Source: Alphaproteobacteria bacterium (GTDB lineage Bacteria > Pseudomonadota > Alphaproteobacteria > Rs-D84). Taken from it: a stretch of 64,000 nucleotides of DNA. The notes under the pieces are model-generated. The model saw nothing but the letters and a program-made list of their open reading frames with translations, did not search any database and was not told the DNA's origin. The stretch is from NCBI GenBank assembly GCA_017618175.1, contig JAFZUT010000022.1, positions 14,723 to 78,722 on the forward strand, given 5' to 3'. The translations under genes were made by a program, and so were the position numbers. Shown here in pieces: positions 1-8,808 of the stretch. Each line of letters begins with the position of its first letter. Positions within the stretch are counted from its first letter, which is position 1.

Positions 1-358
1 ATGGCGCATGCTTTGCGCTTGCCACAAAGAAATCACCACGCCCGGAATCAATCGCAACAAATGCGTCCGGCGCAGCGGCCAAATACAAATCAAACGCACT
101 TATACCCACAACCGGAATATTTAACCCCAGGCTTAACCCCTTGGCATAGGCGATTCCCATACGAATTCCGGTAAAACTGCCGGGGCCGATGACAACGCCA
201 ATTGCGGTAATGTCCGTCCATTTTGCGCCACACTCGGTTATGAAATTTTCCGCCGCCGCGGGCAGGGCGATTGACTGTTTTTCCACCGCGACGGCCTTGT
301 GATGACCATCCAATACAAATTCCAAACCTGTGCCCGAAGTATTTATAATGAATATCAT
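1..358 (-). CDS. tsaB: tRNA t6A biosynthesis protein TsaB (YeaZ), N-terminal part; the C-terminus lies left of the window
   Basis: My translation of the minus strand from the ATG at 358 gives MIFIINTSGTGLEFVLDG...AIGVVIGPGSFTGIRMGIAYAKGLSLGL. GPGSFTGIR is the TsaB/YeaZ signature. Confidence 0.8.
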   Translation of the reverse strand, partial: MIFIINTSGTGLEFVLDGHHKAVAVEKQSIALPAAAENFITECGAKWTDITAIGVVIGPGSFTGIRMGIAYAKGLSLGLNIPVVGISAFDLYLAAAPDAFVAIDSGRGDFFVASAKHAP

Positions 359-367
359 ATTATGCCC

Positions 368-2125
368 CTAAATACTGACACCGAAACCAATGCGTTTTGA
401 AAATCCGGCCGATTGTTGAATCGCCAACAAATCGTCAATTTTTTGAATTGTAAATTCGGTTGGCGCATCTTCGCCATCGTTTTCCAGTAATCGCCGGCGC
501 AGAATCGCCGTCAATTCGCGTTGTAATTGGCGAACGCCCGATTCCGCCGTATATTTACGAATAATGTGACGAATTGCGTCATCATCAATCTTAATGTTTT
601 CAATATTCCAACCGGTATCATTTGCGGCACGCGCAATTAAATGCTCGCGGGCAATTTGAACCTTTTCATCTTCACTGTATCCCGGAATTTCGATAATTTC
701 CATACGGTCTTTTAGCGCGCTGGATAAATTCAAACTGTTTGCGGTCGCAATAAACATTACATTAGACAAATCAAAGTCCACTTCCAAATAATGGTCACGG
801 AACGCCTTGTTCTGTTCTGGGTCCAATACCTCCAACAGGGCGGATTCCGGGTCGCCGCGCCAATCGCGTCCCATTTTATCAATTTCGTCCAAAACGATAA
901 CCGGATTATTCGATTTTGCGCGTTTCAGTGCGTCCATAATGCGGCCCGGTTGCGAACCAATATATGTTTTACGATGCCCGCGGAAATGCGCCTCGTCACT
1001 TACACCGCCCAACGATATGCGGGTGTATTTCCGGCCCAATGCCGTGGCAATGGATTTGCACAATGATGTCTTGCCAACACCCGGCGCACCGACCAAGCAT
1101 AAAATGCTGCCTTTTGGTGAACCGGTTTTTTTCATAACGGCAATGTGTTCCAGTATGCGTTCTTTGACTGGGCGCATGCCGGAATGTTCGCTGTCCAATA
1201 TTTTGCGTGCCGCATTCAAATCAATTTCGGTTTTGTCCGCTTTGCCCCACGGCATAGCCAATAATTCATCCAGATATGTTTTAATAAGCCCGCCTTCGTT
1301 TGACATAGGCGACATATTGCGCATACGTTTCCATTCACCCATTGCCTTTTCTTTTACATCGTCCGGCATGGGGGATTTTTCGATTTTTTTGCGCATACTG
1401 GCCGTATCGGCTTCGCCATCGTCTTCGCCCATTTCTTTTTGAATTGCGCGCATTTTTTCTTGCAAAATCGCTTCGCGCCGACCTTGATCCATCTGCATAC
1501 TTATACGGCGATTTATCGAATCTTCGACCTTGGACGTTTCGTAAACGATGCGCACCTGTTCGAACAGCATAACCATCTTTTCATACCAAGACGGTGTGGT
1601 CAATATTTTAACGGCGGTATCTGTCCCGATTTCCATTGTTTGTATAATAGAATCAATAAATGCAGGCATTGGATAGTTTTGAATCACGCTGCGCAGTTTA
1701 TCAATTTTAAACTTGCGGAACAGTGACATAGATTGAACGGTTTCAAAAATCTTTTCGCGCAGTTGGATTGTGCGTTCGTCATCCATATCGTTATCCATTG
1801 GGACTTCGACAACCCGCGCGGAAAAAACGCCATCATTTATTTCAATATCACTTATTTTAACAACACTTGTCGTACGAATAACGGTGTGAATAGAACCATC
1901 CGGCATACGTAACACCTGGGCAATTTCGCCGATGGTACCATATTCATAAATATCGTCAGGGCTGGATGGATATGCATTGCTGTGTTGCGGTGCGATAATT
2001 ACCCGCTGGCGCGTGGTGGCGGCGATATCGACACATGCGATAGATACAGGGTTATCTACATAGATTGGCACCGTCATCCCCGGATGAACAACCAAATCAC
2101 GACAAGGTAAAATAAATTCTTTCAT
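368..2125 (-). CDS. Lon-family protein with a LON N-terminal domain and AAA+ module but no C-terminal Ser-Lys protease domain
   Basis: 585 aa. The Lon N-domain starts LPCRDLVVHPGMTVPIYV. Walker A is GAPGVGKTS and Walker B is VIVLDEIDKM, followed by ALLEVLDPEQN and GVRQLQRE. The ORF stops where the protease domain would begin, and tsaB starts 10 bp downstream. Confidence 0.85.
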   Translation of the reverse strand: MKEFILPCRDLVVHPGMTVPIYVDNPVSIACVDIAATTRQRVIIAPQHSNAYPSSPDDIYEYGTIGEIAQVLRMPDGSIHTVIRTTSVVKISDIEINDGVFSARVVEVPMDNDMDDERTIQLREKIFETVQSMSLFRKFKIDKLRSVIQNYPMPAFIDSIIQTMEIGTDTAVKILTTPSWYEKMVMLFEQVRIVYETSKVEDSINRRISMQMDQGRREAILQEKMRAIQKEMGEDDGEADTASMRKKIEKSPMPDDVKEKAMGEWKRMRNMSPMSNEGGLIKTYLDELLAMPWGKADKTEIDLNAARKILDSEHSGMRPVKERILEHIAVMKKTGSPKGSILCLVGAPGVGKTSLCKSIATALGRKYTRISLGGVSDEAHFRGHRKTYIGSQPGRIMDALKRAKSNNPVIVLDEIDKMGRDWRGDPESALLEVLDPEQNKAFRDHYLEVDFDLSNVMFIATANSLNLSSALKDRMEIIEIPGYSEDEKVQIAREHLIARAANDTGWNIENIKIDDDAIRHIIRKYTAESGVRQLQRELTAILRRRLLENDGEDAPTEFTIQKIDDLLAIQQSAGFSKRIGFGVSI

Positions 2126-2170
2126 AGCACTATTAAATATAAACTATTTTCACAACTTTTCAAGACTAAT

Positions 2171-2201
2171 AAAAAACCCCCAGACAATGGGGATTTTTTT
2201 T
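2171..2201. terminator. Bidirectional intrinsic terminator
   Basis: CCCCC-agacaat-GGGG hairpin flanked by an A-run on one side and a T-run on the other. It sits just after the stop of the 2220-2447 ORF. Confidence 0.6.
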
Positions 2202-2219
2202 GAATCGTCACGGCGACTT

Positions 2220-2447
2220 TTAATGACGGCGGCCATTAAAACCATGCTGCGCGGCACCCCCAGAACGCTTTGACAGGTACCGTGCCGCAATAATAACCAA
2301 CCATTCAACCGCCAAAAGCCCCAAAAATGCAAATTTACCCTGGGCCATTGACACCCAACCCAACACATAAACCAACTGTGCAATGAAAGAAATATATAAT
2401 ATTCCAAACACACCACTAAAAAACACTTTTTTTACTTTTCCTAACAT
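2220..2447 (-). CDS. Small hydrophobic protein (75 aa, two predicted TM helices)
   Basis: Hydrophobic ORF with an AAGGG Shine-Dalgarno-like element upstream and a terminator downstream. I recognise no family. Confidence 0.45.
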   Translation of the reverse strand: MLGKVKKVFFSGVFGILYISFIAQLVYVLGWVSMAQGKFAFLGLLAVEWLVIIAARYLSKRSGGAAQHGFNGRRH

Positions 2448-2484
2448 TTTTATTACCCTTTTGTTCCTGTTATATTTTTTTTCA

Positions 2485-2790
2485 TTTTGCCGGGTTTCTG
2501 GTGCCAGGCACCCGGCATGCCCCGCAAAAAGCTAAACGAACATAATCAACAATTGCCAATTATATTCAACCTAACTATTAGGCAGCCATTGCAAGACGAA
2601 CATTATCGTTCGCATTCATTTTTTTATTGGTTTTTAACGACACCATGTCGGATTCAGCCATTTGCCTTTATTGCGCCTGTCGAAACTTATACACCCCCAT
2701 ATTTTTTATTGGTGGAGGTGCCGGGTACCGCCCCCGGGTCCAAAACGTCTATTCCGCAACGGGTTCAGAATCATCGTCACTTTCGTGACC
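2485..2790 (-). ncRNA. ssrA: Two-piece (circularly permuted) tmRNA: acceptor piece about 2790-2710, 11-nt spacer, coding piece about 2698-2485
   Basis: The minus strand reads ...GGACCCGGGGGCGGTACCCGGCACCTCCACCA, then ataaaaaatat, then GGGGGTGTATAAGTTTCGAC.... GGGGGTG pairs with CACCTCC and includes a G3:U70 wobble, and the acceptor piece ends in ACCA. The tag reading frame GCG AAC GAT AAT GTT CGT CTT GCA ATG GCT GCC TAA TAG (2613-2575) encodes ANDNVRLAMAA. The 5' and 3' ends are approximate. Confidence 0.85.
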
Positions 2791-2795
2791 TATTG

Positions 2796-2823
2796 ATTAT
2801 AATCTTTATACTGGAAATTGCAA
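2796..2823 (-). promoter_or_regulatory. Sigma70-type promoter for ssrA
   Basis: TTGCAA (2823-2818), 16-nt spacer, TATAAT (2801-2796) on the minus strand, about 7 nt upstream of the first tmRNA hairpin. Confidence 0.6.
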
Positions 2824-2831
2824 GTTTTTAA

Positions 2832-4564
<1,733 letters not shown>

Positions 4565-4632
4565 AAATAATTACTTTGCTTTTTGGTTTTGCACCTGTTA
4601 TGATATGGCATGTTCAATCTAAGGAGAAAAAT

Positions 4633-5256
4633 ATGACCTCATTAAAAGGTACACAAACCGAAAAAAATCTGCTTATTGCATTTGCCGGCGAATCCCAGGC
4701 ACGCAACCGTTATTCATTCTTTGCGTCACGTGCGAAAGATGAAGGTTACCAGGCAATTTCTAAAATATTTTTGGAAACTGCGGAACAAGAACGCGAACAT
4801 GCATCCCGTTTGTTCAAATTCTTGGAAGGTGGCGAATTGGAAATAACCGCGGCATTTCCGGCGGGAAAAATTGGTACAACACTTGAAAACCTCCAGGCGG
4901 CGGCATACGGTGAACACGAAGAAAATACCAATATGTATCCGCGTTTTGCACAAATCGCGGCCCAGGAAGGTTTTGATTCGATTGCATCGGTATTAAAGAA
5001 CATTGGTTATGCGGAACGTTATCATGAATCACGTTTTCGTGCATTGATTGATGCAATTGAAAACGGTACATTGTTCAAACAGGATAAAATTGTTATGTGG
5101 CGTTGCACAAATTGCGGTATGTGGCACATTGGAACCGAGGCACCATCAGTTTGCCCGGCGTGCCTGCACCCCCAGGGATATTTTATCAGCGAAGGCACAA
5201 TTTCCCGTTGCGACACGAACGAAGGTTTCTGTGAATACGCAAAAATCGATGATTAA
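4633..5256 (+). CDS. rbr: Rubrerythrin
   Basis: AAGGAG Shine-Dalgarno before the ATG at 4633. Ferritin-like diiron motifs (ESQARNRY, EQEREH, EHEE). C-terminal rubredoxin-like CTNC...CPAC. Confidence 0.9.
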   Translation: MTSLKGTQTEKNLLIAFAGESQARNRYSFFASRAKDEGYQAISKIFLETAEQEREHASRLFKFLEGGELEITAAFPAGKIGTTLENLQAAAYGEHEENTNMYPRFAQIAAQEGFDSIASVLKNIGYAERYHESRFRALIDAIENGTLFKQDKIVMWRCTNCGMWHIGTEAPSVCPACLHPQGYFISEGTISRCDTNEGFCEYAKIDD

Positions 5257-5274
5257 ATATAAACATATATAAAA

Positions 5275-5306
5275 ATAAAAACCGGCGCAGAAATGCGCCG
5301 GTTTTG
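5275..5306. terminator. Bidirectional terminator between convergent genes
   Basis: CCGGCGCA-gaaa-TGCGCCGG hairpin with flanking A and T runs. Confidence 0.8.
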
Positions 5307-6014
5307 TTATCTTGATTTTTGATGAATCATATAATTGCGCAAATTGTTTGCGTATCTGTTCACTTTTCTTTGAACTTTTGTCGGCATGGTTTCAATATCA
5401 AATGTGTCCAGAATCTTTTGCGCATCGGCAGGGTGTTTCTTTAAGTGTCCCAGTATAATATTTTGTGCGACATTTATGTCTGTGACGGATTCTGGGTTCA
5501 TCATCATTTTGTCAAAAATCCCGGGATTATGTTTCGAAATGTGTTGCACCAGAATTCTTTCCAATTTTTGATTATTGATTTTATCAGTTAAATCCAATTG
5601 GTAATCTGGTTCGATCAAATATCTGCTGGTGGCCGTGCGTATTTCCCATATGTCTTCTTTTAGCCATGTTTTGATCATTGGATGGGAATATATACACCAT
5701 CCGTATGTAAGACAAACCAAAAAAGCCAAGCCCCCCGAAACCAATTCCGGATATTTAAGTTTATCTTCATTGATACCGAATCCTACAAAAGCGGCGGTCG
5801 GTATAAGTGTCCACAGCCATTGATTCAACAAACCACTGCGCACCATTAAAAACGGGGGCAGGCTTTCTGCGCGTTTTTTATCGCGCGCCACGCGTTGCGC
5901 TTCGGCCTTGGTGGCTTTTTCCAATGCCTTGGCAACGCGTTCTTGTTCTTGCTGTACTATTCTTTCCTGTTCGGCGTTGTATCCCGGAAATTTAATTTTT
6001 TTATTATTATTCAT
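5307..6014 (-). CDS. Hypothetical membrane protein (235 aa)
   Basis: Charged coiled N-terminus followed by two hydrophobic segments. No family recognised. Confidence 0.6.
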   Translation of the reverse strand: MNNNKKIKFPGYNAEQERIVQQEQERVAKALEKATKAEAQRVARDKKRAESLPPFLMVRSGLLNQWLWTLIPTAAFVGFGINEDKLKYPELVSGGLAFLVCLTYGWCIYSHPMIKTWLKEDIWEIRTATSRYLIEPDYQLDLTDKINNQKLERILVQHISKHNPGIFDKMMMNPESVTDINVAQNIILGHLKKHPADAQKILDTFDIETMPTKVQRKVNRYANNLRNYMIHQKSR

Positions 6015-6023
6015 GTTTTGTCC

Positions 6024-6473
6024 TTATTTTTTAATTTCTAATTCATCTAAAAACCGGTCCAGTTTACGCAAAGAACTGTTTTGGCAACCGCGTCCGCGCC
6101 AAGACAATATTTCTTCGCCGGTTTTCTGGTCCGCAATTGAAACGCTAAATTTCCACCACCAAAAACCGTTAAACACGCACCACCACGGCATAAAAGATTC
6201 TGTGCTGTATGATGAACGAAAAATGTATCTGGTGTTTTTAGGTAACACAGTTGTATCACTACTGCTTAGACCGTCTTTACCAGAATTTCTTTGTTTTCCG
6301 ATGCGAACATCGTAACCGCGCTTTTCCAGGTGTTCTTTCATTGCACGTTCGAAACCGGTTCCGGCCGGGTCCGCGTGGACAATTGTATTGGGTTCCATCG
6401 TTCCCGGTTTGATATACACGCTGTTGCACGCGGTCATTAAAATCAGAGAAAATAACGCAATAATTTTCTTCAT
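6024..6473 (-). CDS. Putative lipoprotein (149 aa)
   Basis: The internal start gives MKKIIALFSLILMTAC with a lipobox. The longer ORF-track start (6608) runs through the tRNA fragment, so I rejected it. Confidence 0.6.
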   Translation of the reverse strand: MKKIIALFSLILMTACNSVYIKPGTMEPNTIVHADPAGTGFERAMKEHLEKRGYDVRIGKQRNSGKDGLSSSDTTVLPKNTRYIFRSSYSTESFMPWWCVFNGFWWWKFSVSIADQKTGEEILSWRGRGCQNSSLRKLDRFLDELEIKK

Positions 6474-6541
6474 CGTAATTCCAAATGCGGGGCGCGGGCA
6501 CAACAAATTCAAACCGTCTCTGCGTGACAATTTGAATTTAT

Positions 6542-6586
6542 TGGCGCACCCGGCGCGATTCGAACGCGCAATCCCCGCCTTCGGAG
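6542..6586 (-). pseudogene. 3' half of a split tRNA-Arg(CCG): anticodon loop, 3' anticodon stem, variable loop, T arm, acceptor 3' strand and CCA. This is one island junction.
   Basis: Minus strand reads CTCCGAA GGCGG GGATT GCGCG TTCGAAT CGCGC CGGGTGC GCCA. The sequence upstream of it (…GTCCTGAAA) is not tRNA-like. Confidence 0.85.
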
Positions 6587-6671
6587 TTTCAGGACTTGCA
6601 AGATACACGACCTATACTTTCCCTAGATTTCCGCGGGTTTTGGCAGGTGCTAGTTTTTTGCTAAAACTATC

Positions 6672-6692
6672 TGGCTAACCTATGGCTAACTT
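6672..6692. repeat. Left-arm copy of the 21-bp repeat TGGCTAACCTATGGCTAACTT (two GGCTAAC units)
   Basis: Identical 21-mer at 12893-12913. Probably integrase arm-type binding sites. Confidence 0.6.
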
Positions 6693-6728
6693 TCTGGATA
6701 AAACCAAATAAATTTTTCGCAAGTTTTC

Positions 6729-6805
6729 TGGCGCACCCAGCAGGATTCGAACCTGCAACCTTGTCCTTCGGAGGGACACGCCATATCCAGTTAGGCCATG
6801 GGTGC
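6729..6805 (-). tRNA. Complete island-borne tRNA-Arg (anticodon CCG)
   Basis: Minus strand reads GCACCCA TG GCCT AACTGGATA TGGC G TGTCC CTCCGAA GGACA AGGTT GCAGG TTCGAAT CCTGC TGGGTGC GCCA. All stems pair. By hand alignment there are 17 differences from the split host copy, mostly compensatory changes in stems. Confidence 0.9.
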
Positions 6806-6905
6806 ACTTGCTTGTATTATATATAAAGTTAAATAAAAAGCAAATACCCAATGTAATTTTTTATAAGCAAAGTATAGTCATTTAAGTTTTCGTCGCTATA
6901 CGCCG

Positions 6906-6915
6906 CCCCCCCCCC
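6906..6915. repeat. Poly-C tract (10 C) in island intergenic DNA
   Basis: cgccg-CCCCCCCCCC-ggccg, read directly from the sequence. Confidence 0.9.
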
Positions 6916-6950
6916 CGGCCGCGAATAAATTCGCGTCAGGTTCTTTCCAC

Positions 6951-6979
6951 TTTTAAAAATATATTTTTTATGATATAAT
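6951..6979 (+). promoter_or_regulatory. Extended -10 promoter driving the island structured RNA
   Basis: TGaTATAAT at 6971-6979, with a weak -35 TTTAAA 17 nt upstream. Confidence 0.55.
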
Positions 6980-6985
6980 TCGCAT

Positions 6986-7205
6986 TGAATCCAAGAGATT
7001 GGGTTCAGGGTTATCTCAAACCCGGTATCTTCGGTGCGAAAGCATCGTAATCTGATGTTATCGGTGTTTTCTGCACCGTTATCAGCCCTGACTTATGGTC
7101 GGGGAGTCGTTGGTTATAAAATAGGGGAAACCCGAAAACCACGAAATCATTAAGATACTGATTTGAGAACTCCCTGACCGCTCTTTCTTGGGCGGTTTTT
7201 GTTTT
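6986..7205 (+). ncRNA. Structured RNA of unknown class, either a stand-alone sRNA or a riboswitch-like leader of the 7222 gene
   Basis: Promoter upstream and an intrinsic terminator at 7176-7205. A long-range closing helix pairs TCAGGG/TCTCAAA (7005-7020) with TTTGAGA/CCCTGA (7162-7177). Three GNRA-capped hairpins are present: CCAA-GAGA-TTGG, GGTGC-GAAA-GCATC and GGG-GAAA-CCC. There are also hairpins at 7051-7084 and 7086-7104. Confidence 0.55.
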
Positions 7206-7221
7206 GATATAGAGGCAAACG

Positions 7222-8253
7222 ATGGTAATAAAATCAACATTATTTATAATAACAATAGCTTTTACAGTGTTTCCCATAAAAATTAAGGCGATTGAAAATA
7301 ATACTGTACAATCGAATAAGACAGAACAACAATTTAAGCGACAGTTGGCAAACCAACTCGGTTTATACAATATAAATACCGATGATATAAAAGCACCATC
7401 ATACAATGAATTTCGTTATGCTTTACAAAAACTGACTAATTCGGTTCAATCTTGGTCTACAAACAATCAAGAAAAAGTAATTGAAGCACTGGGAATGTAT
7501 ACCGTCACATTTGGTGTCAACAATATGATTACGTACTGCAAACCTCACTATTCAATGGATAAATTAACCAAAGTATACGATTCTCAAATTATCAGTAAAA
7601 GAGAAACGGCAAAAAATATAATTGTTAAAGCTGGCGGAACAGATTTATTAAAAATATTCGATGATTTATATAACAATAATTCGGCGCTTTTTGCTACCAG
7701 TGTGAATACAGATTATTTGTTGGCAAGAAAGGAATCAGAAATACAGGGTATCGCGAACTTAACAAAAGACCAATATTGCAAATCCTTAGATGATGCGGCG
7801 TATATAGTACCGAGTACTATTGAAAAATTAGCCAAACAAGTGTTAAATCAAGCTAAACAAACAGCAAACCAAACCAAGAGTTCTAATGTTAACAGGTCTA
7901 ATGGTTATATAAATCAACCATACTCGGGCACAACAAAAGTAACCAACAATTATTCACAATACTCTCGTAATTCAATTAGTAATCATGCTTCTGACAGAGC
8001 TATTGGTCGTGCTTTAGGGTGGGCTATTTTTCCTATCCTTATACTAATTTTGGAACTGCTTAGATATATTAAAAATTTATTACGAAATGCTACCAGTAAT
8101 ATGGGCGAACAGGTTAAACAAAAATATATAAAACATAAAAACGAGCAAGAAAAATACCGCAAATATCTGAGAGATTGTGATAAACGTGGCAAAACACCAC
8201 TAAGCTATAAACAATGGAAATTTGCATATGCCGACAAGAAGGTAAAAAAATGA
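7222..8253 (+). CDS. Island cargo protein A: signal peptide, about 260-aa ectodomain, one TM helix, conserved basic C-terminal tail
   Basis: GAGG Shine-Dalgarno. Starts MVIKSTLFIITIAFTVFPIKIKA. TM helix WAIFPILILILELL. Tail KYRKYLRDCDKRGKTPLSYKQWKFAYADKK. AT-rich. Confidence 0.75.
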   Translation: MVIKSTLFIITIAFTVFPIKIKAIENNTVQSNKTEQQFKRQLANQLGLYNINTDDIKAPSYNEFRYALQKLTNSVQSWSTNNQEKVIEALGMYTVTFGVNNMITYCKPHYSMDKLTKVYDSQIISKRETAKNIIVKAGGTDLLKIFDDLYNNNSALFATSVNTDYLLARKESEIQGIANLTKDQYCKSLDDAAYIVPSTIEKLAKQVLNQAKQTANQTKSSNVNRSNGYINQPYSGTTKVTNNYSQYSRNSISNHASDRAIGRALGWAIFPILILILELLRYIKNLLRNATSNMGEQVKQKYIKHKNEQEKYRKYLRDCDKRGKTPLSYKQWKFAYADKKVKK

Positions 8254-8747
8254 AAAAAATTGTAAGTTTAATAGTAGTAATTGTTGGGTGTATCGGGGTT
8301 CAAATTTATTCTAACGCCCAGAATATAAAATCATATGATACTTATGAACGTGATTCTATGCCTGTAGTACCGTATCCACTTAGCGAGCAGCAACATAATG
8401 TGACATTTGACTGGAATAAAGCAAAAGCTCGTTATGCCGCCAGAAACGAAGATTATGTAGGATATTATTTAGCACCCGAAGCTGGGAAATTGAATTTATG
8501 GGATGAATTTATGGATAAAAATTGGCGTTGGGCAACACCAGTTGTGCTTATTTTAATACTGGTCATCGTCAATTTTATACTGATATACATGAGTTATTTA
8601 AATAACAAATATGTTGAGCCATGCCGAAAAAGAACACAGAAACAAATAACGAAATACAGAAAATATTTGATGGATTGTGACAAACGCGGGAAAACACCGC
8701 TAACCTATAAGCAATGGAAATTTGCGTATGTAGATAAAAAAGCATAA
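8250..8747 (+). CDS. Island cargo protein B: signal peptide, short ectodomain, TM helix, and the same C-terminal tail as protein A
   Basis: ATGA overlap with the upstream gene. Starts MKKIVSLIVVIVGCIGVQIYS. TM helix VVLILILVIVNFILIYM. Tail KYRKYLMDCDKRGKTPLTYKQWKFAYVDKK. Confidence 0.75.
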   Translation: MKKIVSLIVVIVGCIGVQIYSNAQNIKSYDTYERDSMPVVPYPLSEQQHNVTFDWNKAKARYAARNEDYVGYYLAPEAGKLNLWDEFMDKNWRWATPVVLILILVIVNFILIYMSYLNNKYVEPCRKRTQKQITKYRKYLMDCDKRGKTPLTYKQWKFAYVDKKA

Positions 8748-8757
8748 AAACGTTCAT

Positions 8758-8800
8758 TTTCCCAAAATTCCCACTATATTGTGTGTGGGAATTTGGGAAA
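8758..8800. terminator. Long perfect hairpin between convergent island genes
   Basis: TTTCCCAAAATTCCCAC (8758-8774) pairs with GTGGGAATTTGGGAAA (8785-8800). Confidence 0.65.
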
Positions 8801-8808
8801 TAGCGACT

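Noticed and set aside
2487-2831. 114-aa plus-strand ORF between the Lon-like gene and obg.
   Set aside because: The region is fully explained by the minus-strand two-piece tmRNA gene and its promoter.
6474-6608. 5' extension of the lipoprotein ORF (ORF-track start at 6608).
   Set aside because: The extension reads through the tRNA-Arg 3' fragment. The internal MKKII... start gives a canonical lipoprotein signal peptide.
6618-6626. 9-bp CTAGGGAAA inverted between the island ends (6618-6626 on the minus strand, 12971-12979 on the plus strand), possibly terminal inverted repeats.
   Set aside because: The copies lie at unequal distances from the crossover, and a single 9-mer match across these two roughly 150-bp regions has roughly a one-in-six chance of arising by chance. 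I consider that too weak to call.
7011-7406. 131-aa minus-strand ORF in the island.
   Set aside because: It overlaps both the structured RNA and the start of the well-supported plus-strand cargo gene. It has no start context.
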